Of a DNA stretch of 64,000 nt, positions 27,880 to 43,658 are shown in pieces. A program made the position numbers and the translations under genes. Under the pieces are notes generated by a model. The model was not told the origin of the DNA. It did not search any database and worked only from the letters and a program-made list of their open reading frames with translations. The stretch is taken from assembly GCF_009914755.1 (NCBI RefSeq), contig NC_060941.1; one strand, given 5' to 3'. The stretch comes from the human T2T-CHM13v2.0 reference genome, Homo sapiens. The stretch's first letter is position 1. Each line of letters begins with the position of its first letter.

Positions 27880-30109
27880 GAATATTACAGGACTAATTTT
27901 CTATGCCACTGGGCAAGTCATTTTAACCCAATGCACTAAGTGTTATAAATGGAGTGGGGCCAAGATGTTTTAAGGGTGTACTCTGTGCGGAGCAAATTAT
28001 ATACTCTAGCTTGATGAATCATTACAATAATTTCTGAGATAGGTATTATTCTCATTTTAGAGATAAGGAACCTGAAACCTAAATAGGTTAGATATTCTGC
28101 CCAATTTTACCCAAGAAGTCAGCAGCAGAGTTATGAATGAAACATGACTCTGTCTGACTCAAAATCCTGGATGCTGGTTGTTATGCACATGATCTCACAC
28201 AGGAAGATGTTAGCTGCTATGACTGATACAAGAATTGCAAGATCCTCTTTGTTCTCAAGCATTTGTAAGATGTCTTTTAGTTCTTAAAGGGTATGATTCG
28301 GTGAAATGAATTAAATGCTCTATTATAGTGGAGAAGACCCTGGGAGCTGTAGAAACCCCCATGTTAAGCAGAATGCTCATTGCTATATCACTGTTATAGT
28401 TAGAGATGCCCATACCGTATCCCAGATTTTAAATTAAATGTCAAATTTAATTTGACTGAAGAAGCCTGAAGCTCAAAGTCTATCACAGATCACAGAGCTA
28501 GGCCTGACAGCTGCCTTGTAAATCAACCTGATAAGAAGAATCAGGGAGTAAATGATAAATCACTGTTTAGTGCATCTTGGCCTCATACCACCTCCCACAT
28601 CCCCTAAACAGGTCAGCATCCCATTTGAAAGGATTCTTTATGTTTATAAACTAAACAACAAAGATGTACCAATCCAGACAGTGAGAAAGGCTCAGCTTAC
28701 AGATTTCTACCACCATGGAATTTCTTTGTCATTTCCTGACTTTCCAAACATTCATGTCCAAAGTTCAACTCTTACCTTCAAGAAGAAGACTCATTCCATT
28801 ATCTAGCTTTCATTGATTTCTCTTTTTCTGAATCCAAAACTACTTATCATTTGACAATACATTTTAAAATTTGATGCTGTCATTCTTTTATTCAACACAC
28901 ATTTACTGACTACCTACAATTGCAAACCTTTGGTAGGCACCATGGGAGACACACAGATAGACAAACGTCTCTGCCTTTGGAAACTGAAATCTAGTTGAGT
29001 AGATACTTTCAAATAACATAGGGAGGGATGAACTAGAAGAGCTTGAATTGGGATTCAACCTTGCCAGTTACTAGATGCATAAACTTAAGCTATCTATCTA
29101 ACATTTCTCGACCTATGAAAGATGAAATATAATAAAACAGAGAGCACTACCAGGGTCAAATGAAATAACATTTACAATATTTTTTATTGTAAGTTTCTGT
29201 ACAGTTTCTTAGTTGTTGATAATAATAATATTATCAATAAATTATTAAAGGCAAAATAAAATAAACGACAATAGAGATACAAGTAAAGTGTTATTCGAAT
29301 ACAGCTGAAGATTTGTGGAAATTTTATTTAAGCTAAGCTAGTGTAGATGAGTAAAGTTTTGGTTATGAAGTATGGAAAGGTGAGCAATGAATAGTTTAAA
29401 TAGAGTATTAATAAGTAATACAGTGTCATAAACAAATGGAAGATGATATGAAAATCTATGCTTCGTATAAGAAGGAAAATGTCTGAAATAACTTATGCAA
29501 AGATGGCTATACTAAGAACTAAAATTTGAAAGGTAGAGTAGGGCCTTCTTAGAGAACCTTGATGGAGGTGTGAGAGTGTGAACTTTCTTTTTAGGGATGT
29601 CCTTGTAGTGGACATGTTTTGTTTTACTTGTGTTTTTCACTGATTTCAAGGTTTGTCTGCTCAGCATCGTTCCCTATGCGGTGTTATTCTGGTGGGATTT
29701 TTAATCATGAGACAACATCTGCTAATCTCAGGGGTGATTATTCAACTTAATCAAGTTGGCTTTGCCTAGAAATCAGTTGCCCTGGCCTAGAAATTTGCAT
29801 TTTGAGCAGAGCCTTATAAAAATTGATCATGACTGAAGCTGACTTGTTCAAAGGCAGAGTCCTAGAGAAGACCTGATTCTCAGGTCTCTATAACTACCCT
29901 TTCTCTTGCTCCGCCTGAAGTCAGTTCTTTCAACTTTTCTTTTGATACACTGTTACTACCAGTGTTACTGAGAATCACTTTCTATGGTGGTCCACTACAC
30001 ATCTCTGATATAGTAAAGAAGAACTCTGAGATTAATATGATCTGACTTGTAGTTATACTGTGTTGGCAAAAAAATTTTTTTAGACAAAAGTTCAAATAAA
30101 GAAAAACTA

Positions 30110-30448
30110 CAGCCGTTCTTCCATATTCATGGGGAATTGGTTTTAAAATGCCCATCAGAGACCAAAATCCACAGATGCTTAAGTCTCTTATATAAAATGG
30201 CATAGTGTTGCACATAACTTATGTGCATCCTCCCATATACTTTAATCTCTAGATTACTTATACTATATAATACAATATAAGTACTATGTAAATAGTTGTT
30301 ATAATGCATTATTTAGGGAATAATAATAAAGAAAAATGTCTATATGTATTCAGTACAGATGCAACCATACTTTTTAAAAAACACTTTTCAACCTGTGGTT
30401 GGTTGAATACATGAATGCTGAATCTATAGCTACGGAGGGTCATTATTG
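30110..30448. mobile_element. MER2 (Tigger) DNA transposon
   Basis: ccaaaatccacagatgcttaagtctcttatataaaatggcatagt...ttcagtacagatgcaacca. Confidence 0.85.
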
Positions 30449-31880
30449 TCATAATAAACACCTACAGTTATTCCAATACATTCAGCCTAGTTTAAATTTC
30501 CTGAAACACACATCTATCTACACCTCTCTTCTGCTTAAAATCCTTCAGAAAACTCCACACTACTTAGAGGAAAATCAATTTTTTTTGGCAACCATTGCAA
30601 GTTCCTCAGAGAACTAGCCATAATTCTTATGTCCAACAGTACTTCACTACTCCTTTTCAGGGCTCCTAATTTTAGGTCTATGTGAAACTACTCACTATTA
30701 CCTGTATACAACCCTCAATTTTTGGCTTCCATGACTTCTTGAACTTCAGCAGACCCATCCTTAGATATGTCTATGAGAATATAGCTCTGGAAAAAAGGGT
30801 CATAAGAGAAAGCCTGTTTTTTCCTCAAGCAACAGAATATAAACGTTTCACCTAATAGTCTGCCCTTTGTGTCTTTCTGAATGGCACCAGCATATTTATT
30901 AGCAAGCCAAGCACCCTTGGAGGAACAGTGACATTATCATGTTAATGTCTTAAAAGGTAAAACAGTTGACTTTGTTCTGTTCTGAAGGTATTGCCCTTTT
31001 AATTTTAATAGCAGGGTTTCTCTACCAAGCCAGGTAGATTACCTCTGTAAATCTTATTAACAAGGATACGAGTTGCACTACTAAACTGCTGAGAAGTTCT
31101 GGAATGGCTCCCTTAGTGCCCTCCTAGTCAGCTTTGATGGTAAACCAGAGGGATGCCACCTAGTTAGTTGCATAGCAAGATTCAGGGAAAGCATGGGTAA
31201 GAGGCAATTACTGGCTAGGGTTGGCTGATGGCATTTATTGAGTACCCACTGTGTGCAGAGACTTTAGGACTGCCAGAAATTAAAAGCAAAGTTTGTCCCA
31301 CAACCTTGGAAAATTTGCAAACTAATTAAAGGTTTAGAACATGCACATGTGAACAGAAAGTGAATGAGGAACTAAAAGAATGCAGTTTAACAGTAAGTAC
31401 AAGTGACAGCTGAGGCAAAGGAGGAACATTATGGAAATATCATTCTCTCCACCCATTCTTTTCCATCCCCGGCCCCATCAGCAGAGGAAGTCACCTTCTA
31501 ATTTGCACTAGTAGTACCTAATACTTCATCTCTTAGTGCTTGTTACCTTGAACTCTAATTAATATTTACTTGCCTGTCTTCTCCACTGAGCTTTAAGCAG
31601 CCTATCTGATTTATAGCTATAACCCACCCCTTCTGGCATTACCTGGCAGAGTACAAACTCAATCATGGAACATTGAATACCGAAATAGATTTGTTTATTG
31701 CATGAATTTTATTTATTGAGAAGGTTATGAGAGAAAATCGTGGTATACAGTTTAAGGGTGGATCTCCTTAGGATATCAACATTTTACCTTTAAAATTTTT
31801 CAGTAATATTTGGCCTCCAAAATTTCATTTCATAAAGTAAAATAAGCAATCTTTTTTTCCCTCATCCCATTAGTTCATTT

Positions 31881-32200
31881 CTTATTTATTTATTTATTTA
31901 TTTTATTTCTTTTATTTACTTATTTTGAGACAGAACCTCTCTCCATCACCCAGGCCCAGGCTGGATTGCAGTGGCACAACCTCAGCTCCTGGGTTCAAGA
32001 GATTCTCCTGTCCCAGCCTCCCGAGTAGCTGGGATTACAGGTGCCCACCACCATGCTCGGCTAATTTTTGTATTTTTAATAGAGACGGGGTTTCACCATG
32101 TTGGCCAGGCTGTTCTCGAACTCCTGACCTCAAGTAATCCACCTGCCTTGGCCTCCTCTCAAAGTGCTGGGATTACAGGCATGAGACACCACAATCAGCC
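31881..32200 (-). mobile_element. Alu (AluS-like)
   Basis: dimer with a small right-arm deletion; TSD ccattagt. Confidence 0.93.
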
Positions 32201-33596
32201 CCATTAGTATATTTTTATCAAATTTTCAAATTAAACTAATGTAGTTATTAAAATTGAACCTTCTGTATATCATTCTTTCAACATTTAAAAATCTCAATTT
32301 AAAGTGCTAAAAACCTTTAATTTTGAAGGACTATATATTATCAAAAATGTTTAGACATATAGAGTATCCATAAAGAATGTATAATTAGAGCATTTTGTAT
32401 CTGAGTTTTTAACAAAAATACAAGAAATATCTGTGAAAATAGATAATATAAAAGTAAATAACATTTCTTAATAGTCTTGCTAATGAATCTGATTTACAAA
32501 AAAAAATAGCGGTGGTGCATACATGTGTGTGTGTACACATGCATGCACGTGTTCTTGAACTCACCACCACCAGTCCTCTTGTAATAATAAAAGAATTGCA
32601 AGGTCTCTGAAATTTTAAGCTACTTAAAAGTGCATAGAGCTCTCTACATTTATTTCAGTGTAATCATCCAATATGAATTTATTGGATACCACCTCTATAC
32701 AAAGCACCAAAATGGTTTTGTACCACAATATGGTTCCCGCTCTCTAAAAACTTATGCTATAGTGAGGAAGAGAGACACATAAATAAGTAATTTCAACAGC
32801 ACTTACAATGTGGCAGGTACAATGTTGGAAGTATGCCTAGGGTCCTGTGAAGACACATGAAAGGAGTACATAATTCAGTTATTTGCCTATTGTGTATATG
32901 AGTGTGTCTGGGCAAAAGATTTTATAAACTGAATCTTAGAGTAGGATTTAGTAAATTTAAGAAGGTAGGTGTAGATTCATTTCTAGCATTACAAAGACAT
33001 ATAACAAGGCCCTGACCTGTGTGAAGTAAACTAATAGCCCCTGATAATTATGCGAGGGTAGAATGCAGCAGGGAGAGAAGGGTGGAGATGAAAATCCTGA
33101 GAGGTGGGTAGCAGCTGTGTCATGGAGAAGGTCACATGCCATTTGATGAGCATGCACTCTTTTCATTCAAAGATGTTCTTGCTGTAAGGCAAGGGGTAAC
33201 TGCATGATACATGTGATTAATCATGTGGCTAGTCAGTGGTATGCAGTCACAGTGGGGTCTGCAGAAATTTTGTTTGTCCCAAAAAAAGTTATTTATATAC
33301 CTTTTCCCTCTCCTATCGCAAGCTCTTTAATAATATTAATGGCTAGCATTTATTTAGTACTATTTGCTAGACATAAGTTTAAGCACTTTACATATGTTAA
33401 CATAAGAAATCTTCACAAAAAGTCAATGAGGTAGGAATAGGTATTATGATTACCACTATATATAAGAGATGGACTTGAGGCAGGAAATTAATGTTATAGA
33501 TTGACTTCCTCAGAAACAGACATGGAGACAGCATTCAGACTGCAAAATATTTTACTGGGGATCAACATCAGTGAAAAGAAAGAAGAGGAAGAAGCA

Positions 33597-35460
<1,864 letters not shown>

Positions 35461-35689
35461 CTTGGCATAAAGACTTGCCTTATTGGGTGTTTAACCATCT
35501 TTGAAATTCAGCTACTGTGACTATTATGTCCTAGGCTTGGTCCTGGCTTTGTCAGCCCTCTGACTCAGAGATGAGCACTTATTTATTTATTTATTTAATA
35601 AATATGCAACCAGAAAAGCCCTCTGGCTTTCATGGTTGACTTTTGATGACCTGTAACTTCTCCTCAGCTGTCTATTTTTCTGGGAGCAA

Positions 35690-35872
35690 GATTCTTAAAG
35701 CATGTTTGTGGACCAGCAGAATTAGCATCACCTGGAAATGTGTTAGAAATGGAAATTACTGAGTCCCACCCCAGATCTATTCAGTCAGAAATTGTGGCAT
35801 TGGCACATAGCAGTCCGTGTTTTTAAAAGCCCTTCCAGTGATTCTGATATACACCACAGTTTGAGGACTGCT
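35690..35872. mobile_element. MER5A (hAT-Charlie)
   Basis: ggaccagcagaattagcatcacctggaaatgtgttagaaatg...aagcccttccagtgattctgat. Confidence 0.8.
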
Positions 35873-36169
35873 ACAGTAGTGCACCAATGATGCTTTGCAA
35901 TAACTATCTTACCCTAATATCCTTATATTTACTATTTTCTTCTTATATTTCAAGTATTTAATATATTGAACCTGCTAGTGCATTTCCATCCATGGTACTC
36001 CCTCCCAGCTCCCCACTGCTGAAAGTTAAAAGACCATTGCCTGGAACCAGAGCCCTTCTGTGTTCCATCTACCTTCAGTGACAGAGTCTTCCTCATCAAC
36101 AAGGAGCTGAATGATCCAGCTCCAAAATGCCACTATTGTCTCACTTAATTTCTCAGACCACTTCCAGTG

Positions 36170-36590
36170 CTATCACAGGCTAGGATCTCTGGAAGCAGAG
36201 ACTGAGATAGAGTTTGGAGAATCAGATGTGTAGCAGGGGTCAACCCAAGTGAAGGAAATAAGGAGGAAATGGGATTGAACAGAGAAGTTGACTTAGATGC
36301 AGGCTTGACAAAGATTTGGCCAACTCACCAAGGAGTTCTAATGCTAACACTGACTATCACAGTGCTCCATGTTGAACAAAAGTAGTCAGACCTTTATAAC
36401 CCTGCCTCACTCTGTCAGCAGGTGCAGGCTGACCCAGGAAAGGTATGACTTCAGGCAAAATGATCTCTATAGATTGAAGCTGACCCTGAAGGAGCTAAGA
36501 GCTACAGACTATCTCAGACCACACTCTCTGCTGCTGGACATCATAATCTTCTTAAGGACGTTTTGAATGGTACAACTCCCTATCCACCAC
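36170..36590 (-). mobile_element. Old ERVL LTR, LTR16-like
   Basis: taggatctctggaagcagagactgagatagagttt...tatccaccaca. Confidence 0.5.
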
Positions 36591-37739
36591 AGTTAGTAAC
36601 TTGCCTGTTCCACACTGTTAGAAGGTAGTAGAGGCAGGCCTTGAAGCCAGCTAGCCTTGGTCCAGGATCCGTGCTTGTCACCATCTCAATACAGTATCTA
36701 ACAGCTATTGGTAGTGTGGACCCACTTGACAACTTTAACAAAGTGACATGAATAAATCTGATCCTTAGATTCTCTAGGAGGTATTGTTAAATATCAATAT
36801 CTTGAGATTCTTTCTATTCCTAAGGTTTTATTAGACTCATCCTCCCCACCTGTAAAAAGGCCTCTGCCATCCGTGAGGTAACATTCTTTCCTCTATTGAA
36901 ATAAACCCCAGCGTGTTCAGTTTCTCTGCAGAAGGAGTAGCCTTTATGAGGAAGGGACCCCCACTGTATTGCCTTGAGTTTCGTATTTCCTTATGATTCT
37001 CTCACTTGATCTTCACTGTTAACAGAACATTTTCCTTTTTAAGTTATCCCTTAGAAATTCTGGGATTCATTTCAACATAGAAGTACATAATTTCTGAAGA
37101 CATTCATGAACATGACTATTTGACAAGAAAGGTGAAAGACAATTGTTGATTTCTTCATCTCAACAGTGCCTCAAAATTTCCCTTTTAAAAATCCATTTTA
37201 AGGGAGTTTATACTATGGGTAGAAAATAGTAAAAATGTTTTAATAAAACCAGTAATTCAATCACTTAATTTATTGTTACTCTGAATTGGTATTCTTGCTT
37301 AAAGTAAATGCACAATAAATATTTCTTGAATGAATGAATGAGTCATTATCATCTCTACGCATCATGTATTTTGAATTATCTTTCCAGTCATGGAAATAGA
37401 TAGCTCAGAGAATCTGAATATTGTTACCAGTCAATCATAGTGTCAAGAAATAAAGCCAAGAAAGTCTTACTTTCTTAGATCCCAAGCCTCCTTAATTTTT
37501 TTTCTATGCTTCTATATTCATTTAACCTGTGTCTAAATTTCTTAAGTGCTTTGCAATAACTTTTTTCTCCATGTTTAAGGGGAAAACAGAGGAAAGAGCA
37601 GTGCAAAACTGTGATTATCTCTCTTTAGTTCTGCCTTGGGTTACAGCTATGAGCTCTTTGTGAACTGAGTCCCAACAAGAAGAAGGGAGCACTCTAAAAT
37701 TATGACAATTCCAGCAGAATTTAAGGGTTATTATTTTTT

Positions 37740-37837
37740 CTCTTTTCTTTCTTTCTTGAACTTCTGGGCTCAAGTGATCCTCTTGCCTCAGCCTCCCAAA
37801 GTGCTGGGATTAAAGGTATAAGCCATTGAGCTCAGCT
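37740..37837 (-). mobile_element. Alu 5' fragment (AluJ/FLAM-like)
   Basis: ttctgggctcaagtgatcctcttgcctcagcctcccaaagtgctgggatta. Confidence 0.8.
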
Positions 37838-38442
37838 TTAAGGATTATTTTTAAAGGTCTAGGGATAGTGTAGAAGAGCCACAGGGATAGTACTCAGTTT
37901 AGTGACAGCTCAGCTGTCTTATACTCTTAGACCTGAAGAGGTGAAGTGAAGAGAAGGTGCTTCCAGAACCCACAGGGAGGGGTTATATAGAGAGCTGCCT
38001 GCTAGAAGCTAAGACTTTTTGTGAAGAGACACAGCCAGCCCTTGGTGACTCTACTGGGAGGGAGATGGAGTAATAAAACATACAGCCTCACTCCTCTGCT
38101 TCCCTCCAATCTGTTGCTGGGGCTTCCCTATGCCAAACCCACCTGGAAACTAGGGAGCGAGAGAAGCTATTGATGAAGTCAGTATATATCAGCCTCCCAA
38201 GGCAAGGGAGAGATGAAGAAGGAGAGTGGGTATTCACAGGACAAATAGAGGATGTTCAGCACACTTTTCTCCTATCAGCCAAAATACCTTGGGAACCCTG
38301 CAAAATGTGTAATGGAAAAACGTGGATTTGGAGTAAGATAAACCTGAGTTTCCTTCTTATTTCTGGCACTGCCTAGTTGGTTGGCAATGAGTAAGTTATA
38401 CAGTCATCTCCAGGTCATAATTTCCTCATCAGAAACAAGAAA

Positions 38443-38830
38443 ATGTGGTAGACTGTTTTATTGTCTCCAAGCATTTGCTGACCCCTTTCCTAGATGAGGA
38501 TGCACTTATCCACCCACTGTCATGTCCCGTGTGGATGAAGGATACTTCTCTGGCACGGTGATGTTAAGCTTGCCCATGCAACTTGCTTAGCCCAATGGAA
38601 TGAGAGGCAGAAACCATGCCTGCAAAGAAGCCTTTAAGAGTAATTGTATATTTCTTGTTGTTCTCTTGCTGTCTTTCTTCTGCTATGAGAATAGCAGAAT
38701 ATCCAAACTGGGGTGTCTCATTCAGCTAGCTCCTAGAATAAGAAGACACAGGGAGCAGGAACATGGCAACTGACCTGCAGATGCTAACATGTAACAAGAG
38801 TGATAAGTAAATGTTTTGGCCACCAAGACA
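38443..38830 (+). mobile_element. MaLR LTR, MLT1I/J-like
   Basis: tgtggtagactgtt...gcccatgcaacttgcttagcccaatggaatg. Confidence 0.55.
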
Positions 38831-39005
38831 AATACAGGAGATAATACATTTACAAACCCAAGAGATAACCTCAAAAGGATATTGAAGCAACACAATGTGG
38901 AAACAAGTAGGATGATGTATAATGGACGGGAAATGATAATTATATGTTTGTTCTGTTCACCCCATTTTTCCAACCCTCAACTAATTCACTGGTGCATTTA
39001 GAAGT

Positions 39006-39195
39006 ATACTGTCCAATAGTGATAGTCACTAGCCAAATGTGGCTATTCAGCACTGTTAAGCACTGGTGAGCCATATGGTGTCTGTTAGAGCAACTCAACT
39101 CTGCCATTGTAACCTGAAAGCAGCCGTAAGTAGATGTGCATGGCTGTGTTCCAATAAATTTTATTTACAAAAACAGGCAACTGGCTAGTCCCTGC
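39006..39195. mobile_element. MER3 fragment joined to MER58A
   Basis: ctgtccaatagtgatagtcactagccaaatgtggcta, then actcaactctgccattgtaa...ggctgtgttccaataaattttatttac. Confidence 0.65.
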
Positions 39196-40949
39196 ATTTA
39201 TTGATCAAAGGAAAGAGCAATAGCTTTGAAGCAGAGAGACGAGTCTATGTCCCAGCTCTGACATTCAAGAGTAGCCTGGGACAAGTTACTTATCCTCTTT
39301 GACCAAATTTTTACCTCCCAGAGTTAATGAACCACATAGGTAAAGGGATCAAGTACAGACTAGCCACTCAGTAAACAGAAGTTCCTGTCCTTTCTACACA
39401 TTACCAAAGAAAATATGGAAATTGCATTAGTGAATTTGGCTCAAACATTTTGATCTGTTTTCAAAGTGGGTCAAAAGGCCTTCAGGGAAAATTTGGAGAA
39501 TATATTGTCTAAATAAATTCAATGGAGAAAGATACCACATAAAAGTGCAGGAGTTTTAATTTTTAAAATGAGTTACCTACTATCTTGAGCAGAGTTTAGT
39601 AGATTACAACAGACTGTATTATTATTGCCAGCAGGGGACTATCTAATTGGAAGTTCATCATCTACAATAAAAAAACACAGGTGGAACCCTATCAGTTTGT
39701 GGTGAACAAGAAAAGAGTATGCAAGATGGGTGGGGAGGAATAAGACTATTTGCACCTAGAGAGAAAGATACAAAAAGTAAAAAGGCATGGCTCCAAAGGA
39801 ACTCTCAGCATCAATTTTCAAAATTTAATTTAAAACCCAGAGCTTTCCAAAAGTATGTTGTAATTTACTCAAAATCCTCCACCTCCATCTCCTCTCTGCC
39901 AATAGTCGTAGGGTTTCAACAGACTCAAAATAAATTATCATCAGAAAAAAGAAAAATGGCAGACACCTTTGGTGTCATGCTGACCAGCACCTTTCTCTCC
40001 AAGATAGCCATTATTATATCCTTCAGAAAAATTTCCCCACCACCCAAGGCTGGATCAAGCCTCCCTCCTACATGTTCTGGCTTATAGATACTGTCTTATC
40101 CATATAGCAGGACAGCATGGCCTTTTTATTCTGTCTCTTCCTGAAGAGAAGGCCTCTGTGTGCTATTATTAAAGTTATGGTCACAGTGCCTCCTTAGTAT
40201 AACAATGCCCAGAAAGTGTTCAGTAAATATTTGCTAAATGAAGAAATAAGTGAATGTGAACTAGAGTAGTACTTTTTATTGTCATTTAGGATGTTTCCAT
40301 CTTCCTTCATTCCTCAGTAACAAGCAATTTGTCACCCTCTCGAACTTAATCTCTCTAATCCCCATTTTCTTGATCTATAAAATATTGCACTTTCTTGCTG
40401 AGGTTTAAGTTGTAAGATATATGTCAAGAACCTATCAGAATCTGAGATTTTGTATTCATTCAACACGTATTTGTTCTTTTCCCCCTTTTTATGTCAATCA
40501 TTTCTTATTGAAATATTTGCCTGCAGGTAGATTTGGTTTTGAAATCTTCTCCCTGAATCATTTACAACACTGTGAAGCAATCTACCTTTAAATAATAGTG
40601 AACCATTGTTTTCTTTAGCTTGCATTGAAGTTGAAAGACTATTTCCTTCCTTGCATTCTAGACAAGCCCCAAATTAAGTCTGCTTTACCTGAAATTACAC
40701 ACGAAAACCAATGTTGTGCCTTTGAAATGCATTGCTTTCTTAATCAAAGAACTCAAAACCTTATTGCTTCTAACTCATGTCAGGGTTGTATGTACACAAA
40801 GTATAAGAGCCACACATTATCAATAACAATCCTTACAACTACATAAATCTGAATTTACAACAGACACCGGAGCCAGATTTTTGGTGTTCAAATTCTATCT
40901 ACTGTGATTAGTCTGCACACCTGTAAAGTGGGGAGAAAAATAATAAGTG

Positions 40950-41048
40950 AACCATGATTACACCACTACACTCCAGCCTGTGCAGTAGAGCGAGACCCTG
41001 TCTCTAAAAATAATAATAATAATAATGATAATAATAATAATAATAATA
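40950..41048 (+). mobile_element. Alu 3' fragment with (TAA)n tail, inside a MIR (~40860-41150)
   Basis: ccactacactccagcctgtgcagtagagcgagaccctgtctc followed by (TAA)n. Confidence 0.8.
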
Positions 41049-43494
41049 TTCAGACCATGGGGTTATTGTAATGACAAAATTCATTAATATATGTAAATCA
41101 CTTACAGAAATGCCAAACACACAGTAGCTACCATGTTTGTGTTAACTGTTGTTATTCTTTTCATATGGATCACTGTGAAGAAATACTAGATGTCTCCAAA
41201 ATGTGGGTTTATGATGACAAGAACACATTGATAAACTTTTGCATTTCACAGTGCTTTCATACTGCAAACTTTCACCAGGAAAATTTCATTTAATCCTTAC
41301 CATTCATGGCACATTTGGAGAAATTGGGCTGAGAGCAGTTAAATTAGTTTTCAAGGCCACATAACACGTAAGTGACAGATACAGGGTAACAGAAACAGAA
41401 AAACACAAATCATCTGACTCCAAGTTCAGTGTTTATCTACCACACCAAAGTTATTCATAAACACATAGACAAAGGTTGGAATACAAACCCAAGCCACAAT
41501 CTGACTACAGTGAGATAATTCACAACCTTTTTCGTGTTGGCTTGATATTCTCTTATATTACTTAATTTCTAGATGTTGGACCCTGTCTGCACAAGCATTG
41601 CACAATCCACTCATCTCAACACTTCATTTGACCAATGAATGTGTACATCAATCCACTCAGCTCAAACATTTTGACATCAGCATGTGTAAATTGCAGAAAC
41701 ATACTAATTTTAATATGGATCAGAATGAGGTGGCACACCTTTGAGACATTTGTCATTCTCTGGTTCAGCAACAGTTACCAATATTACAGTGCCTAAATTC
41801 ACATTTGATCTCAGATCTTCTCAAACACTAGTGTTGATATATTTGTTTTCTATTTTTATTATACTATGGTATTTTTCTGGAAATATTTAATTACTAATTA
41901 AGGAGAAATAATTTTAAAAAGTGTATTGCAAGCATTTGTAAAGATGTGTTGGTATATAGATTTCATATGAACTTTGGGATCCTCTATGACTGTACAGCTT
42001 CATCTCTTATGGCTTTTCTTTCATTTTTTATTAACTGAATACCATGTATGATCTTTTCTGATAGGAACTAGTGATTTGCCATGAAATAAGGATGTGTTGA
42101 TTGTGCCAGACTTCAATAAAACACTTTCAGTCATAGTATATTAATAGATACCATTGCATCTTTCCACATTTTGGGGAGAGATATTTCTCTTTATTCTTTG
42201 AAGTGTGTTAAATGCTGGAGTGACATGCAGGTCTGTTGTTAACCGGCAATCATTTGTATATTAGAGTTACCACTTAAAACTGAGACAGCATCATCAGGCA
42301 GACTGATAACATCAATGAAGGGCTATTAAGCCTCATTATATGGTGATGAGCTGTTGCTAATTGATGAACACAGATATGTCCTACACTGGGAATGTGGAGA
42401 GCCTCATCCAACCTCCTGCAAGAATCAGAAGCAGCCAATGCATTTTGATGCAATATTCAAATCCCCTCCTCCAGAGGAGATATAATCCCCAGAGATGAAA
42501 TAATTATATGAATATTCTTAGTCCAAATGATCTCTTCCCCACTGTCATTGCTTTTTATCATGTATGCATTTCAATTTTCTTCTTTATTTACACTTTACCT
42601 TTCTTGCCTTTTTAGTTAACAAGTTATACTTGAGTCATAACATTTCCTGATGTGGCATGGACTATCTCCATGTCAGTGACTTAGAAATCTTTATATTTAG
42701 CCTTCACTTTCCCCCCATCATCCCAGCTGTTTAATATACACCCACTGACTCTCTCCTCTTAGGGACTCACAAGTACCCTACTGTTAAAAACAGAAATACT
42801 TTCTCTCAACTCATCCAAATTTGCTTTTTTCCCCCCAATTTTTCTCCCCAAATAAATTTCAGAGCCATCCTTGGTTCTTTCCTTTTACCTAAGCCCCTCT
42901 CAAACTACAAACTGTCAAGCTTCTCCCTGACATGTTATTCAAATCTCTGTGTTTCTATTATATCTCCATTGCTAACGGTTTTCTCTAAGCCTTCCATGTC
43001 TTTTTTTTTAACTTGTCCAGTAGCTGTTTCCTTTATCTTCCCACATCCTACCACTTCCTTTTCCAAATAATTCCCCAAACTGTCTTTCTAAAACAAAGAA
43101 TTGATAATGTCATTTTTTTTTCTCTTCCTAAATAGCCTTTCTCCTCTTCCTTCCTAGTGAATGCCCCCTCATTTTTCAAGACCGAAGTCAACTGTTCCAT
43201 TTTCTCTTCATCCTTTCTGGGCTTCTTCAGGTAGATTTAGTCTTTCTGTTTTGAATTTCAATGGCCCTTTTAAAAACATATATTACAGCAATCATCACTT
43301 CCTTTGTATATTGAAATGACCAAGGGAAAACTGAATAATTCAGAAATGCACCAATGTCACAGTATTTGAACATTTTTTTTCCAGGATCTCATATTCAGAC
43401 CACAACTTTGTGGGTCTTGCTGAGTATTGAAATCTCCATTGTTAATCATCAATATAATGCAAGTTCATGACAACACAGAATTAGTCTTTGTAAA

Positions 43495-43658
43495 TGTTCC
43501 CGGACCAAACTGAGATTCGGGCTGCTATGTCTCATGGCCCAATAATGAGATGCAGATGAACTGGAGAAAGAGAGTTTTTTATTTCTGTAGCCATTTGCAG
43601 GGAGAAGGCCTGGAAATTATTGCCAGACCAACTCAAAATTACAAAGATTTCCAGAGCT
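43495..43658 (-). mobile_element. 3' end of an unrelated ERV LTR (family unassigned) abutting the ERV9 LTR
   Basis: tgttcccggaccaaactgag...; reverse-strand polyA signal (tttatt at ~43579); not LTR12-like. Confidence 0.55.

Noticed and set aside
39719-40087. 122-aa ORF in non-annotated DNA (likewise 53791-54186)
   Set aside because: No domain similarity or splice structure; such lengths are expected by chance in 64 kb.
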